Assembly: GCF_036588685.1 (NCBI RefSeq)
Contig: NC_086386.1
Coordinates: forward strand, 17,298,001 to 17,362,000
Reading direction: 5' to 3'
Length of the DNA stretch: 64,000 nucleotides
Source of the DNA: Mytilus trossulus
Lineage: Eukaryota
Program-made: the position numbers and the translations under genes
Shown: positions 1 through 14,300 of the stretch, piece by piece
Position numbering within the stretch: the first letter of the stretch is position 1
Layout: every line of letters begins with the position of its first letter
Notes under the pieces: generated by a model
What the model was told of the DNA's origin: nothing
The model's database searches: none
The model's input: the letters and a program-made list of their open reading frames with translations, nothing else

Positions 1-2099
1 AGTGATGAAAACCTGAAATTAACGCTAGCTGCAACAAAATATCTACGACATATGTGCATATAGTCAAACGCTGTGGTATATAATTTAGTTTTTTTTTGTA
101 AACAAGTGTGGGTTTAAAAAATAAACCATTTTTTTGTCTATGAGATGAAAATTTATGCTGATATAATGTTTCCTGAAATCCAAACTCCCAATTGTTCACA
201 CATAACCAGTCGTAATTGAAATCCAATTCGAATTAATGATGCATCTATAATTTTAATGAATAGTATAATTAAGTTACTTATATTTATTCAAATATCCATT
301 CTTTGGCAATACAGATACACTATATCATGTATGTTTAGGAATTAACATTGTAACCTGGTCATACATTCTTTTCTTGAACTATAGTATTGATGGACACATA
401 TAATATATATGTAGGTGGCAATGATATTACAGCCACATCCGGTGTTATTTTCATCATTATAAAGTGACAGTTTGTATTATTCAATATGCATTTTCATTGT
501 TTATCTGAACTTTCTTTTCATTATACATTTGTACATATTTACACTTTTCATTAATTGATATGTAGAATACAAGAAGCTTTGGGAAAATTGGCGATACTTT
601 TATTTATAATTCGAAATACACACAAAATGTTTATGTATTTGCATAACACACTACCTGCTACCAGTATTTTCCGTTCCAAAATATAAAAAAAATCAAGATG
701 AGACGCATTCTGCATTAATATTTTAAACATAAATCTCCCATAAAGTTTTTTAAAAAAACCAGCAAGCGCCAATTAAAAAAATAAAAATGCTTTAATCGTT
801 TCAGCATTATTATTTGATAAAGGGTAAATAAAAATGAGTACAAAATCAGTAATAATCATTTTTATATTAATCTAGTCTAATGAAAAATTCCCACGAATCA
901 AAACGACTATTTTCTAGCGAGTTTACTGTCTCAAATCAGCATTATTTATCAAAATGTTTTATCAGTCGCAACATACTATTTAAAAAATATATTGAGTAAA
1001 GAACCAGAAGTGAAAATAAGTGGGCATTCATTTAGCATTATTCTAGTCTATTAATTCAAAGTCTCTCGGGAAAGTATATTGGTATTGTCCATCACATTCA
1101 GATGCCTGTAATATTACTTAACTATTACTTTGGTTAATTGTTTCAACAGTTGTGATAACTCAACTTTACCTAACAAGTATAAGATTGTTTATTACAATAT
1201 TAAAATCACTTAATATTAAAAACATTAGAACATTCCCTGTTGTATTTCTCATCTTTATTACATAATGTCATGTAGGGAAGAGCTCAGAAAATTCAGAGAC
1301 GGTTCTTTCTGAAAACTATGTTCATACTAGATTATGGTGCTATTTGTTACAGCTCTAATTATAAATATAATTATCTTTTTAATAATGGTAGACACAAAAT
1401 TCAACTCATTCCGTCTCTTTCCAAATGAATTACAAATAGCATATTAATGACAATCATTGCATTAAAATGTAAAAACAAAAGAAATATGCCATAATTTCTA
1501 ATTAAATTATAACGTTTATCTAAAATGTAAACCATGTAAATGTATGTTAACCAATTGTTTGTGTATACTTAAGTAGTATGTATCATACTTTTTATGTTTA
1601 ACCAATTTCTTTTTTTAGGCCTCAGATCATTGTTTGCATAGACAAAGTATTTGATTTGAAGTTAGAAATAAATATATTTATATATATATATTGATGTAGA
1701 ATGTCACATGCTAATAAACATTAAAAAACAAAGATATTTTCTTCTGCTTTATGCTATTATTTCTGTACAATTACATTACTGACAAACATTTAAACAGATA
1801 ATCAAAATCAAAGCTAGCACTTTTAATCATTCCAAAGCTAGCACTTTAAATCTTTCCAAAACTATATCTCTGCGTACTTGCAGTATTGTTCTACTTGTTT
1901 TCCGATATTCACATTTCGTATTAGATCAGGAAGAAATAGAATGAACTCCAAATAAAAGCAGGAATAGGTATATCGACCTGATAGACGTCGTCTATTCTGA
2001 CGTACGTACCATACCTATGACCATATATGAACAGATATTTAGCTACAATCAACTTAGTCAAAATAAGACGTTTATAACATGAAAACATAAAAAAAATGT

Positions 2100-2300
2100 C
2101 ATGCGTTGGAAGCTTATTCTGGATATATACCTTTTACAGGAACTCTCAAATTCGAATATATAATAACCAATGATGTATAAAAACAGTTACAGTTGAAGAG
2201 CTAAATGACAAAAAAGAGCCTAGAATGATATCAAATCCAATGAAAGTCAACTTTGCTTGAGGGAATTGAAACTGAAGCAACTTTATCATTTCAAAATTTA
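2100..2300 (-). mobile_element. Family-2 hammerhead repeat, strongly decayed
   Basis: GGAAGCTTATTCTGG..CCTTTTACAGGAACTCTCAA..GTTGAAGAGCTAAATGAC..AACTTTGCTTGAGG is colinear with 34190-34350. Confidence 0.5.
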
Positions 2301-2715
2301 ATTGATATAGATAGCGACCTTAATTTTTATTAAGAGAGCCACCGGTTTAATACCGTCCGTATTCACTTAACGTTATAATCGGGAAATCCTATTAAAGAAT
2401 TTAATACTAGAAAAGCATATTCATAGTGTAACTGTTGCTTCTCTATATAGATAAATTTAATATGTGAAAATGAAAGTCTCCGTACTTGTAGGAAATACAA
2501 TATTTTAAAAAGTCAAAATCAACCAACTTATGTATAAAAGGGTCTCCCATATCATTTGTGGGTTATTACATTTAGAGTTAAGGTATTTCATAGCAAATTC
2601 CTTTCAATTTGATGTAAATGCTGAATGTTGAAATGCTTTTATTTACGCGAAGGTGACGATTGGCTTTGAATGGAAATATAATCATTTATATGTTAAAAAC
2701 GTTTCTTTATACCTT

Positions 2716-2901
2716 ATACACCTTATCGATATTTGTCCACCATTACTAGACATCAAACAGATTCCCGTAAAAATTTCACGTCCTACCACAAGATATCTGA
2801 CGCCACAATAGAAAAATTATTGTTGAATGACGTCAATAGTTCAAGGGAACCAGATTCTCGGGTCAACCGGCGCAGATTTCCATATCGCAATAAGGTGTAT
2901 T
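2716..2901. mobile_element. MITE with ATACACCTTAT / ATAAGGTGTAT TIRs
   Basis: TIRs present; internal ATATCTGACGCCACAAT is shared with 50475-50640. Confidence 0.7.
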
Positions 2902-3669
2902 AGATAGCCTTATTTAAAATATAATTCAAATAATTATTATCTGTATGTTTCATTACATGTTCTATTATGAATGTTCTTATTAACATTATCGATGCAATCT
3001 AAATAATCATTAGCTGTCTGTTTAATTACCACTGTGTACTATTAATAACATTGACCTTGTTATCGACAGCACATCGTCTCATCAGCAGCTCTACCGCTGC
3101 AAAGTCATTCGGTACCTGTGTACTAATCAGCATCATTGCATATGTAACCAAGATGTTCTTTTGTCGTCTTATGCTTACCGACATTTGTGTAGCGGTGTCA
3201 CTTTATATCATCCATGACAGATGAAGGTGTATTGTGGTTATTAACGTTAATAAACTGTCAAATAAAGGTTGCTTTTTGACAAATGGTGTATCTATATTAT
3301 AAAAGCAAAAAGTCTTGGTTTGTAAAATAATATTTTTTCAGTTACATACACTTAGCCGAATAAAAGATGGTCGTCAATAAAAAAAAAATAGAAAAACAAA
3401 CACTAGAGTTTAAAGATTTATGGTGCTGCTTTAATGTTATTACTAATAAACTTATCATAGATACCAGCACTAAATTTTGTAAATTACCTCATATGAATTA
3501 AATTCATGATGTGAAAAATGAAAGTCGTGGTTATTGTCACACAAGAAGGACGTTAATATTCAACCAGATTTGGCTCCTATAAATATTGCAAAACTCATAC
3601 GCAATACCTTTAAGCAAAACATATGGTAAATAGCATAAACATGTTGACTTTTACAAAATGTATTACTAG

Positions 3670-3811
3670 TGACTGTAATACTTTTTTCTTTCTATTCGAA
3701 AAAACATAAAAAATGTGGTGCACACTGTTAAATAATCCGCTACGCGCGTTATTCAGTGTGCAACAAATTGTTTATGTTATTTCTTCCTAGACAGAAAAAA
3801 TATTACAGTCA
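3670..3811. mobile_element. Fold-back (palindromic) MITE
   Basis: Nested inverted arms TGACTGTAATA/TATTACAGTCA, AACATAAA/TTTATGTT and TGCACACTG/CAGTGTGCA around a CGCTACGCG centre. Confidence 0.7.
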
Positions 3812-4765
3812 TTCCTTAAATAGATAAGAAATAAGAAAAGCAATCTTTTTGAAAGATGGAGGCAGTTTTTTAAGGGTTGATTGCATAGAATCTAAACTTA
3901 TATAGTTAACAACCCGACAAGAACTGCTCCAGTTCTCCATTATTAATTCAAACACTATTATCCTTTATAAATTAGACGAAATTTATCGTCCACGTGAAAC
4001 TGAATACAATTTCAAAGTTATACAAAAAAAATTAACTAACCGTCACTATAAAAAAATCGAGGAATTTGAGTGTAAATAGTGAAAAAAACAATTAAAACTA
4101 AACCGGGTACATCCCCATTTGATAAATGGAGGCAAAAAGCATAGGCAATGGGTAGCTGGGGTACGATGAATAGTAGTCATGTCTATCAGTCTTTTCTTCA
4201 TGCATTTATATTCGACAAGTTAACTTGTCTAGTATACAGTGCTTCGTAGATTTAAGGAATAACAGTTCTGTGGTTGAGGCGTTTTACTGGCGACGCGGAG
4301 CAGAGACAAATTTATTCCGATTCTAATGCATAACAAAAAGAAATAACACGTTAGGGCTTGAAAATGTATGAATTTCAAATAAAATAAAATTCCGCGAATT
4401 TTTATGAATGATTTTGGCGCAAAGACGTCATAGAAAAACATATACAAATGAAAACTTACAAACTGAGGGTTACTTTGTTACTTCTACTATTCAAATTTGG
4501 ATAAAATCACATCAAACCGGCGTTTATTTTAGGTAGCTGTTGTTTTATTCTTAATTGAACATTTGTTGATTTATGAATTTAAAATGGCGGATCCACCTAA
4601 AGTTACGACTGGTCAACTGTGGATTTGACGGTAACTTTTAGCCAATGAAAATGAAAAAAAAAATGTTACATAAAAAATTGCATTAGAACAATGGTTTCCT
4701 CGGCCTTTTGTTACATGGCTCACGTGGACAATCCCTTCAAGACCTGGCGTGCATACTATACATTA

Positions 4766-4846
4766 CACCTACCTCTATGATGTGAACATGTTCCTCTATG
4801 ATGTGAACATAAATACACCTACCTCTATGATGTGAACATGTTCCTA
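4766..4846. repeat. Short local triplication of CCTCTATGATGTGAACAT
   Basis: Three copies seen directly. Confidence 0.85.
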
Positions 4847-5224
4847 TTTGTATATAGTAAGCAGTTGATACTTTCTTTGCACTGTAGGAATTACTGGTTA
4901 CCTCCTCATGTTGTATGTTAACAGACAAGTACAGATCTAGGGTAACTGTGATAAGGTACATAGAGTTCTGCCTATGTCTATTTACTCTCGAATCATGTCC
5001 CACATCCTGAATATTTTATTAAGTTCATTTGGCAACTCTTATGCAATGAGTCTTTCTCTATACTACGCTTGTGCAATGCCCCCAGAAATATTTTTGTTTG
5101 TTTGTATATTTTAATTGAATAGAAGAGTAGTAAACATTGGAAAACTACTGTTGTGTTTGTCTTAGTCTACACACTGTAATATTAAACATTTTGGTTCTAT
5201 TTGTAGGACAGGAATAACCAAAGG

Positions 5225-6220
5225 AATGTTAAGTTATCGCGTCGTATAAAAGTAGAGGTATGGTGCACCTTATACCAATGTTAAGTAATCGCGTCGTATA
5301 AAAGTAGAGGTATGGTCACCTTATAACAATGTTAAGAAATTGCGTCGTATAAAAGGAGAGGTATGGTGCACCTTATACCAATGTTAAGTAATCGCGTCGT
5401 ATAAAAGTAGAGGTATGGTGCACCGTATACCAATGTTAAGTAATCGCGTCGTATAAAAGTAGAGGTATGGTGCACCTTATACCAATGTTAAGTAATCGCG
5501 TCGTATTAAAGTAGAGGTATGGTGCACCTTATACCAATGTATATGTATCGCGTCGTATAAAAGTAGAGGTATGGTGCACCTTATACCAATGTTAAATAAT
5601 CGCGTCGTATAAAAGTGGAGGTATGGTGCATCTTATACCAATGTTAAGTAATCGCGTCGTATAAAAGTGGAGGTATGGTGCACCTTATACCAATGTTAAG
5701 GAATCGCGTCGTATAATGATGGAGGTATGGTGCACCTTATACCAATGTTAAGTAATCGCGTCGTATAAATGTAGAGGTATGGTGTACCTTATACCAATGT
5801 TAAGTAATCGCGTCGTATAAAAGTAGAGGTATGGTGCACCTTATACCAATGTTAAGTAATCGCGTCGTATAAAAGTAGAGGTATGGTGCAACTTATACCA
5901 ATGTTAAGTAATCGCGTCGTATAAAAGTGGAGGTATAGTGCACCTTATACCAATGTTAAGGAATCGCGTCGTATAAAAGTAGAGGTATCGTGCACCTTAT
6001 ACCAATGTCAAGTAATCGCGTCGTATAAATGTAGAGGTATGGTGCACCTTATACCAATGTTAAGTAATCGCGTCGTATAAAAGTAGAGGTATGGTGCACC
6101 TTATACCAATGTTAAGTAATCGCGTCGTATAAAAGTAGAGGTATGGTGGACCTTATAACAATGTGAAGTAATCGCGTCGTATAAAAGTAGAGGTATGGTG
6201 CACCTTATACCAATGTTAAG
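5225..6220. repeat. Tandem repeat, 19 copies of a 52-bp unit
   Basis: Unit AATGTTAAGTAATCGCGTCGTATAAAAGTAGAGGTATGGTGCACCTTATACC; 5225 to 6212 equals 19x52-1; few substitutions per copy. Confidence 0.97.
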
Positions 6221-6867
6221 AATGTATTATTTCTTCCAGACAACTGTTAAAGTGCCCCCCACTTTTTATCTCACTTATGTCATCGTTTCATGAATTCTTG
6301 TAAAAAAATTGTAATATAATGTTGCCAATTTAAGGATGCTATGGCTAAAATAGTTGTCCTTTTCTATAGATTTTCTTTATAAAATGAACGTCGATATATT
6401 GAAAATTGATTTAAACAAAAACAAGGAAAGGGAAATATAAAAATAAAATAATATGTTCCCCTTTTTAGCGCAAGAGGGTGTATTTTGTTACAAAGTAAGC
6501 TTTGTGCTATAATCTTCTTTTCGTTTATTGTTTAAATAACTTTGAATTAACGAGCAATTTTTAAAAAATTGAGAAAGTCGGAAACAGAAATTCCAAAACC
6601 GTCTGAGGTCAGCAAAGTAGCACTCCAAAAGGGAATTTTAACCTAATGTATTCTTAATTCAATATAATTTTGAAAATAATCACTTAGTTAAAATGTATCA
6701 ATAAATGTGAATTAGGTTATTTGAAATTATCATAGAGTTGCGTATACTTATATACTCTTTTTGAATAATTTGAATACTAGGATTGTTATTTCATAATTGT
6801 CTAATCATTTTGTGGTATTCTAGCAAAACAGTTGCATGTAAATATAAAAAAAAAATGTAATGCAATA

Positions 6868-6877
6868 GCGCATGCGC
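6868..6877. promoter_or_regulatory. NRF1-type palindrome GCGCATGCGC, possible SLC6 promoter element
   Basis: Perfect consensus about 1.5 kb upstream of the ATG exon (acceptor at 8353); related TGCATGCGCA at 7349. Confidence 0.35.
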
Positions 6878-8365
6878 AATATGATCTCAGAAGGAGACCA
6901 GTTAGGGAAGTACGTCGTCATTCATATTACGTTGTACTATGTACACTATATTCTTCAAACAATAATTCTTAACACGCCAGGGTTCAGTGTTGCAGATGAG
7001 AATTAAGAAAGTATTTTGTTATTGTATTGTATTACTGTATGATAAACAGACCATTTTTATAGCCAAAGTAAAATCTGCAGTCGTTATCATGTAAAATATG
7101 TTTGATGACAGTTGTATTCCATTCGTTTTTGAGCTTTTGATTTTAACATTTGATATGGTACTTTCCGATTTGTATTTTCATTTAAGTTCGGTATTTTTGC
7201 TATATAACTTTTTTCCGGTAATCGTAGTTCATGGTCAAAGGGAATGTGGAAGTGATAGGAACAGTACTATCAATAGCCTGGTGTGACACCAATATAAAAG
7301 ATAAGAAAGTCAATGCACTTAATTATGAAGAATAACAAACATCGCCACTGCATGCGCAATTGGCATTACACCAAACATGTCAAACAAAAAATAAAGCACT
7401 ACACAATGTAGTTATGTATGAATTATTGTCTTACTTGTAAACTTTAGTGATAAGGATTTTAGCTTGAAAAGTAGTAAGTGAGCTTATACAAAAATACCTA
7501 AATTAAGTAACTCTGTTTTTGATTTTACTTACTTTATGGATCGTAAATCTTTTCTTTCCAATGATTGAAATTTGATTTGTAAATTTGATTCACTCGTTTG
7601 AGCAACATCGTAAACATTTGATTTACAGTGTTAAGCCTGTATAACACTTTCGCGGTAGTTTTCAACTTTAAAATTGCAATGATAGATATACAATTATCAG
7701 ATTGAACAAATTGCATTCCTCTAATAATTGAGGATATGTATTCAACAAGTATGTGGTCGACATAATATGCATTGAAGAAGGTATATAAAATTATTTTTAA
7801 CAAGTTTATACATTCATTAAAAAAAACCTTATTCTAATGTGTAGAAAGAGTAATTTAATTTAGTTTGCCTATTTGCTAGGTCTACTATCGAGTAAAAACT
7901 AATTTCGTTTACTACTTTTTTAAAAGTCACAAAAGGATTATTGTAAAACCTATGTTGGCCAATATGGTTTCGTATTTTAAATAGGTACACAGTATTGATA
8001 GTGCAGCTAACAAACATACAAACTTATGTTTTATGCAAGTACGCACTCAAATAATCCAAATGTAATGCAAATATCTTTAATACAATTAGGGTAAGTAATG
8101 CGGCCAGGTAAATCCCAATTGTGTTGATCATTGATGGCAATATCTTAAGTAGCGGCACTTGAACTGTATCTAATGTACCTGAATATTCTAGATAAAGCTG
8201 GTTTCTCATAAGTATGTATAAGTATATTTCAAAGGGCCATTCAGATGCTGGTATATAAGTACATAAGAGAAAGTATCATTTAGATTTTAGCATTTGCTAA
8301 AAAAAGCAACTTTTGTTAGAAAAATTATCAAACTGCTGTGTCTCCTTTTGTAGATTAAAACTAAA

Positions 8366-11300
8366 ATGTCAAGTAATGACAGTTTTAAAGATACCGATTC
8401 TGTAATCATTGAAAAGATGGAACAACCACCTGTGCCTCAAACAAAAGCTCGTGATGGTTGGCAAGGAAGAATGGATTTTCTCCTGACTTGCATCGGATAT
8501 GCAGTGGGATTAGGAAATATCTGGAGATTCCCGTATCTATGTTATAAAAGTGGAGGAGGTTAGTGATTAAACAAAATCATCCAGTAATACATTGCCTTAT
8601 TCACAACGATTATGTATCTGATATTATTTGTAAATAATAATATTCATCATCAAATAAGTCGAATACAAGAAACGCAAAAATTTAAACGGTATCAACAATT
8701 ATTTGTGTAATGAAGAGATGAAATAGGAAAGACAACTCACATGTAATATACATTTATATATATATAGGCAGTCGCTTTTGTTTATTGCATTGAGTCAACA
8801 TTCGACTAATATGAACTGTTGGATAATCCTTTTACTTTGCGAGTGATAAAAAAAAATGCTAAATCAATCGACATTGAAGTAATGAATGAAATATAGTGTG
8901 TTTAATTTGTCGTTCCCATTAAAATTTATATAAAGTCATCAGGCATCTGATGGTCGATTTTGGGGTTATGAAAAAAAACTATCAACGATACCAGACTCAA
9001 AATTTGTTACGCTAGACAAGCATGAAATTCATCAGTTGTATTAGAATCAAAATAGTACAAAACAAGTTCAAAATTTAGGAGAAATGAAAACCTCGAATTC
9101 GAAAAGTTATTCCAAATACAACTGGTGTCATTTTAGTCCGAATAATTGTTTTGCTTTGATGCCTTACAGCGACGTCTTGAAAGGCTATTATACTTTTCTG
9201 CTTTGCCACCCTATATCGACGCTGCAAAATAAAACAAATATAAAAGCCTTTCAAGACGTCATAATTATTTGGATTACTGTCATTTATGCAGGTGTCATAA
9301 CATCCTAAATGTTTCGAATAGTTTAAGATTAGAACACTTTTATTAAATTTCCACAAAATGGCCAACAAAACTATTAGCTACTAAGCCTGTAATATCCTCA
9401 GGGAGGAAATGTCCAGCATCAACCAAATGTTTGTAAAACTTACTTCGCTTATGATTTTTCACGCCAGAAAACGCACATGGTTAATTTTCCTGTGTAAGAA
9501 GCTAGATGTATTCTCATTCATCATAAACGACAAGAAAAGACTAGACTTTTGATGAATATAATGATTAAATAAGTTCAAAGAAATAGATTAAATGCAAATA
9601 GCATTGCATCTTCAAGACAATGAACATAAATCACAGTTTACTACAATATTGTGAGAAGGAAAATTGTATGGTTCGTTTTGAACGAAATTTAACTGTTCCA
9701 CTCTCTTGCAAGAGTTTTTGTATATGCCTTTGTTGATCTCAACATACACATATGTGCCCTAAATTTATGTTTTCTACCTTGATAAGTGTCACATACAGTA
9801 GAGGATGCCGACAACGTTAAAACGTTATATTCTCAACATTTTTTGCCGTAAAGCTGTGCGAGTCTGATATGTACTAAAATATAGATAAAATAAGAATAAA
9901 GATATAAGATGATGTAATATGAGTGCCAATTAACTCACTCAAAAGGCAGACAACTCTCCATCATAGTCAAAATTTGTAAAAGAAAACCCTTATAGGTCTA
10001 AGTACGGCATTCAACACGGAGCGTTGGCTCACACAGAACAGCAAGCTAGAAACGGCCACAAAAACTACCATTCAAACAGGAAAACCAACATATACCCTCA
10101 CCTAAAATATTAATGTAACATAACAACTTAGAAAAACCCACTAAAAAGTATCGATTGAAATCGATTAACTCAATCAAAAGAAAATATTTACACAAACAAG
10201 TTAAAATACACTGAACGAATAAATTTGATCTATGGCACAATGTAAATATAAAATCAATATTATAAGGGGTGAGGTGTTATACAATCGGAAAGACAACCAT
10301 AACCTTGAACAACATACCGCTTATAGAATAATGTACACATTTAAATGAAAATAATTTTGTTGTAAGGTGTACAGTAATGGAATACGGAAATATATTTTTT
10401 TAAATAAATAATTTTGTTGTTGATATAAGATGTGGTATGAGTGCCAACAAGAAACTCTCCTTCCAAGTCACAATTTGTAAAAGTAAACTGCAATAAGTCC
10501 AAGTAAGGTCTTCAACACAGAGCCTTTGCTCACACCGAACAGCAAGCTATAAAGGGTCTCAAATTAACAATTGTAAAACGATTCAAACAGGAAAATCAAC
10601 GGTATGATCTATGATGCAGGTTCAAACGAGAACAGAAGTGAAAATTTATAATCATACTGAACACTTATCATAGCTGGTATATATTAAAAATAGAGAGGAG
10701 AAATAAAACGCTAAATAAGTAAATGTTGTCTGCTCTATGGTCGGGTTGTCGTCGCTTTGACATATTCACCATTTCCTTTCTCAATTTTAAACATTACATA
10801 ACTAAAACACATCACAAGTTGTATCAGCAGGTCAAATTAACACGAAAGTACGATTTGATAGTATTCACAGTTACTGAAATATGTATATTTTTAAATCTTT
10901 ATACTAAATACTTGTATTATTATTATTTTTCAGGTGCATTTTTCATTCCATATATCATATTTCTACTTCTTTGTGGATTCCCCCTTTTCTTTTTGGAAGT
11001 ATCCATTGGGCAGTTTTCTAGTCTGAGTCCTGTTACTGTATGGCGATTCTGTCCATTGTTCAAAGGTAGGATAATAATATAGTGTTCTTAAAACAAATGT
11101 TTTCTGAACATTTTATCAATCTTTTGGAACCACCTACAATCAATTTACTCACTAGAGACAAGTCTACTCTGACACAAATCGATATCAAATTACGTCTTGC
11201 AATGTCATGGCCATAACAAATGCATTTGTATATGACTTTGATTTTACGAGGCAGATGGTGTGTTTATATATCGTTTCTTGATACAGCCAAGTTTAGCGCC

Positions 11301-14300
11301 ATTTAGTAATATGCACGTTACAATTTTGTTTTACTGTGAAAACACATAAAAAATACTAGGCTTTTTATTAAGTTCCAAAGCTCGCGATTGATCTACATCC
11401 GAATCACTTGTTGGGCTCAAATCGAATAGTTAGAAGGCCAAGTAAAGTAAGAAGTTAAAGAACTTTAAAAGCCGAAAATTCCAAACAATTGTGACAAGTA
11501 AGACGATGGCAATAGTTATCAAAGGTACCAGGCTTATAATTTGATACGTCAGACACTCGCTTCGTCTTCACGAGAATCATCAGTGACGCTCAGATCAAAT
11601 TAGTTAGAAAGCCAAAAACAACTACAAAGTTGAAGAGCATTGAGGACCCAAACATTTTTTTGATTTTAAAAAATTTAAACGTGTGACAATTTTTTTTATG
11701 TTGTCACATTTTGACAAATGTAAGGCATGTGAGCATAGTGACGACGAAAGTATAACGTTGTGCAAAAGAAAGGTGTTAAATAGGATATGTAACTGAATGA
11801 ATCTTTTAATCATTTGTTATATGTTAACCATTGTATCTTTCACTTTTTGTTAAGAATTTAATTCAATGCATTTTCATTTATATTTTAATAAAAGCGTTTT
11901 GTTTTGTAATTTAAACAGGTGTTGGAATGGGTATGGTTGTAGTTTCAGCAATTGTTTGTATCTATTATAATGTAATAGTTGCCTGGACGATTTATTATTT
12001 ATTCATGTCATTTAAAAATGTACTACCATGGAGTCATTGTCACAATTCCTGGAACGATGAAAGATGTGTTGATGGGCTTGAAGAAGTATTAAATATCACA
12101 TCATTGAATATAACGAGTGCCAATCATACAAAAATGACAGCCAGTGAACAGTTCTGGGAGTAAGTTTATCTGTTTTTAAAAGACACAATAAATTTTCTTG
12201 TCTTCTTTAAACAGATCTATAAGGGTTTTTTTTTATTATTCAAGACAGACTTAAATTACAATATTCCCTGGAGAAAGTTTCAACCTATCTTCATTTCATA
12301 GCAAATTTATTTGTTTTAATCGATTACTTTTTTCATTTTTTAAAAATCCAATTTTCCACATGTCTAATAAGACTTTCTAAAATGGAGAAGAAAAATAGCA
12401 AAGGGATATTCAAATTAATATGTCTGACAACGCTTTGAAGAAGAAAAAGACCAACACACTAACCAATAAAGAAAACTAAAGACTGAACAACACGAACCAA
12501 ATTTTAATACTTATCAATTTTAAGATACAACTATTAGCTATTTAGGTAATAACTCATGTGTAAATTACATGTTTTATAGGAATCACGTACTTGGTATTAC
12601 TGATGGTATTGAAGACAGTGGACATTTAAGATGGCAGCTCTTTATTTGTTTGTCTCTAGCATGGTTATGTGTGTTCTTATGCCTGTTCAAGGGTGTAAAA
12701 GTTCTTGGAAAGGTGAGAAATAAATTTATTTTACGAATGAAAAGTTTATTGATCTCCTTTTAGTTTGCATATGGAGAGAATGATAATGTTCTTCCGCATA
12801 AACAAATTTACATATAAAAGTTCTTAACGACAATGTGAAAAATATACAAATTATTAACTTTTCCATATAGATTAATAAAATCTACATTATTATGTATGAC
12901 TTCATCAATTTTCAGTGAGGTACATTTCTTTCCCTCGTGGAACAATACATATGTAGTAGATTATCATTGTTTTGACAGCTTAAATTATTTTTTCGCCAAC
13001 TGTCAAGTAATCTGTTATGTTTCCAATTGTATCTGAACATCAATTGACAGGAATGATGCATCAGAAAGGTGCTTTGTAGTATCTTGATCATAATGTCATA
13101 AAACACCACTATGTTAGTAAGACCACAATCATGTCAGTAGTATAAGATAGGAGATGGTAGGAAAAATGATAGTCGTGTTGTTTTCATAAATACTACAAGA
13201 TATATGAGTCTTTCTAAAAATAAATTCAATATAGCATCAAGAGAAATATTTTTTGTTGCATAGTTGCTTGGTATGATATTGTCAACAAACGCACAGATGT
13301 GTTCAATTTCATACTTTCGGGATAATTCAAAGAAAGTAAAAAGGAATGTTATTCCGAATTTCCGAGAAAAAACAACAACATTCTTTTCAGAAAAGAAAAT
13401 GATTGATAAACTTTCCTAGACTGATTCACACAGTTTTATATTTAATTTGTTGATAACACTATAGCATTAGTCTCGGTTATATATTGTTAGCTAAGGAAAC
13501 TGCTAATGTCGATGTTAACTTACTATGTTGTTCCTGCTGTGAAGTCATACATTTTTCTCAATGCATAGCCTTACTCTTGAAAATTAGCCTTTTATTCCAT
13601 TCATGAAGACGTCATTGCAACTGTCAAAAAAAAAGGGCAGCAATTAAAGTTCAGTTACTTTGGAGGATTTATCATTTCCCAGTTTATTTTTAGATGCTTG
13701 ATGACTCCCAACTCATACATATCTTTTCCTTCTTTTATTTTGAGCGAAAAGAAAAGGAAAGTCCTTTGTCGTCTTTTTATGAGATTATAATAGATCTTAT
13801 TTATTTGTATTAACTTTTTTGGTATTTTTATCTTTGTAGCGCTTCATTATGAAGACTTAAATATTCATAGTTCTAAGTGATAATATGTGTTAAATATGTT
13901 GACAATGATATAAAATTTCTAAGTGTGCCTTTCATAAAATATTTACTTGCTTGTAGATTGAAGAGACACACCAAAATATGTAAATGTCTTCAAAACCTTA
14001 CAAAACACTATGTTCTGATTAGTAAAATTATCTTCCAACAAGTCTCTTTGAATAGATATGGATGTTCTGATAAAGATGTATCACGCTTTAACATTATTTA
14101 TACTTGAAAATGAAGTTGATAAGTTCTTTTTTTATTTTTTAAACAGGTGATGCATTTTGCTGCTCCTTTTCCATATCTTGTTCTAATAGCGTTATTAATT
14201 AGAGGCATACAGCTACCGGGAGCTTTAGAAGGTATCAAGTTCTACATTATTCCTAGATGGGAGAAATTAGCAGATTATCAAGTAAGTTTTCATGTGTTAC

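Noticed and set aside
4272-4740. Promoter (AAAATGGCGG, CCAAT, CACGTG) of an additional gene
   Set aside because: No downstream coding exons could be assembled. The CpG-rich block may be a non-autonomous transposon, but its TIRs are too weak to call.
5225-6220. CRISPR array or coding repeat
   Set aside because: Units are contiguous with no unique spacers; 52 is not a multiple of 3 and no long ORF spans it.
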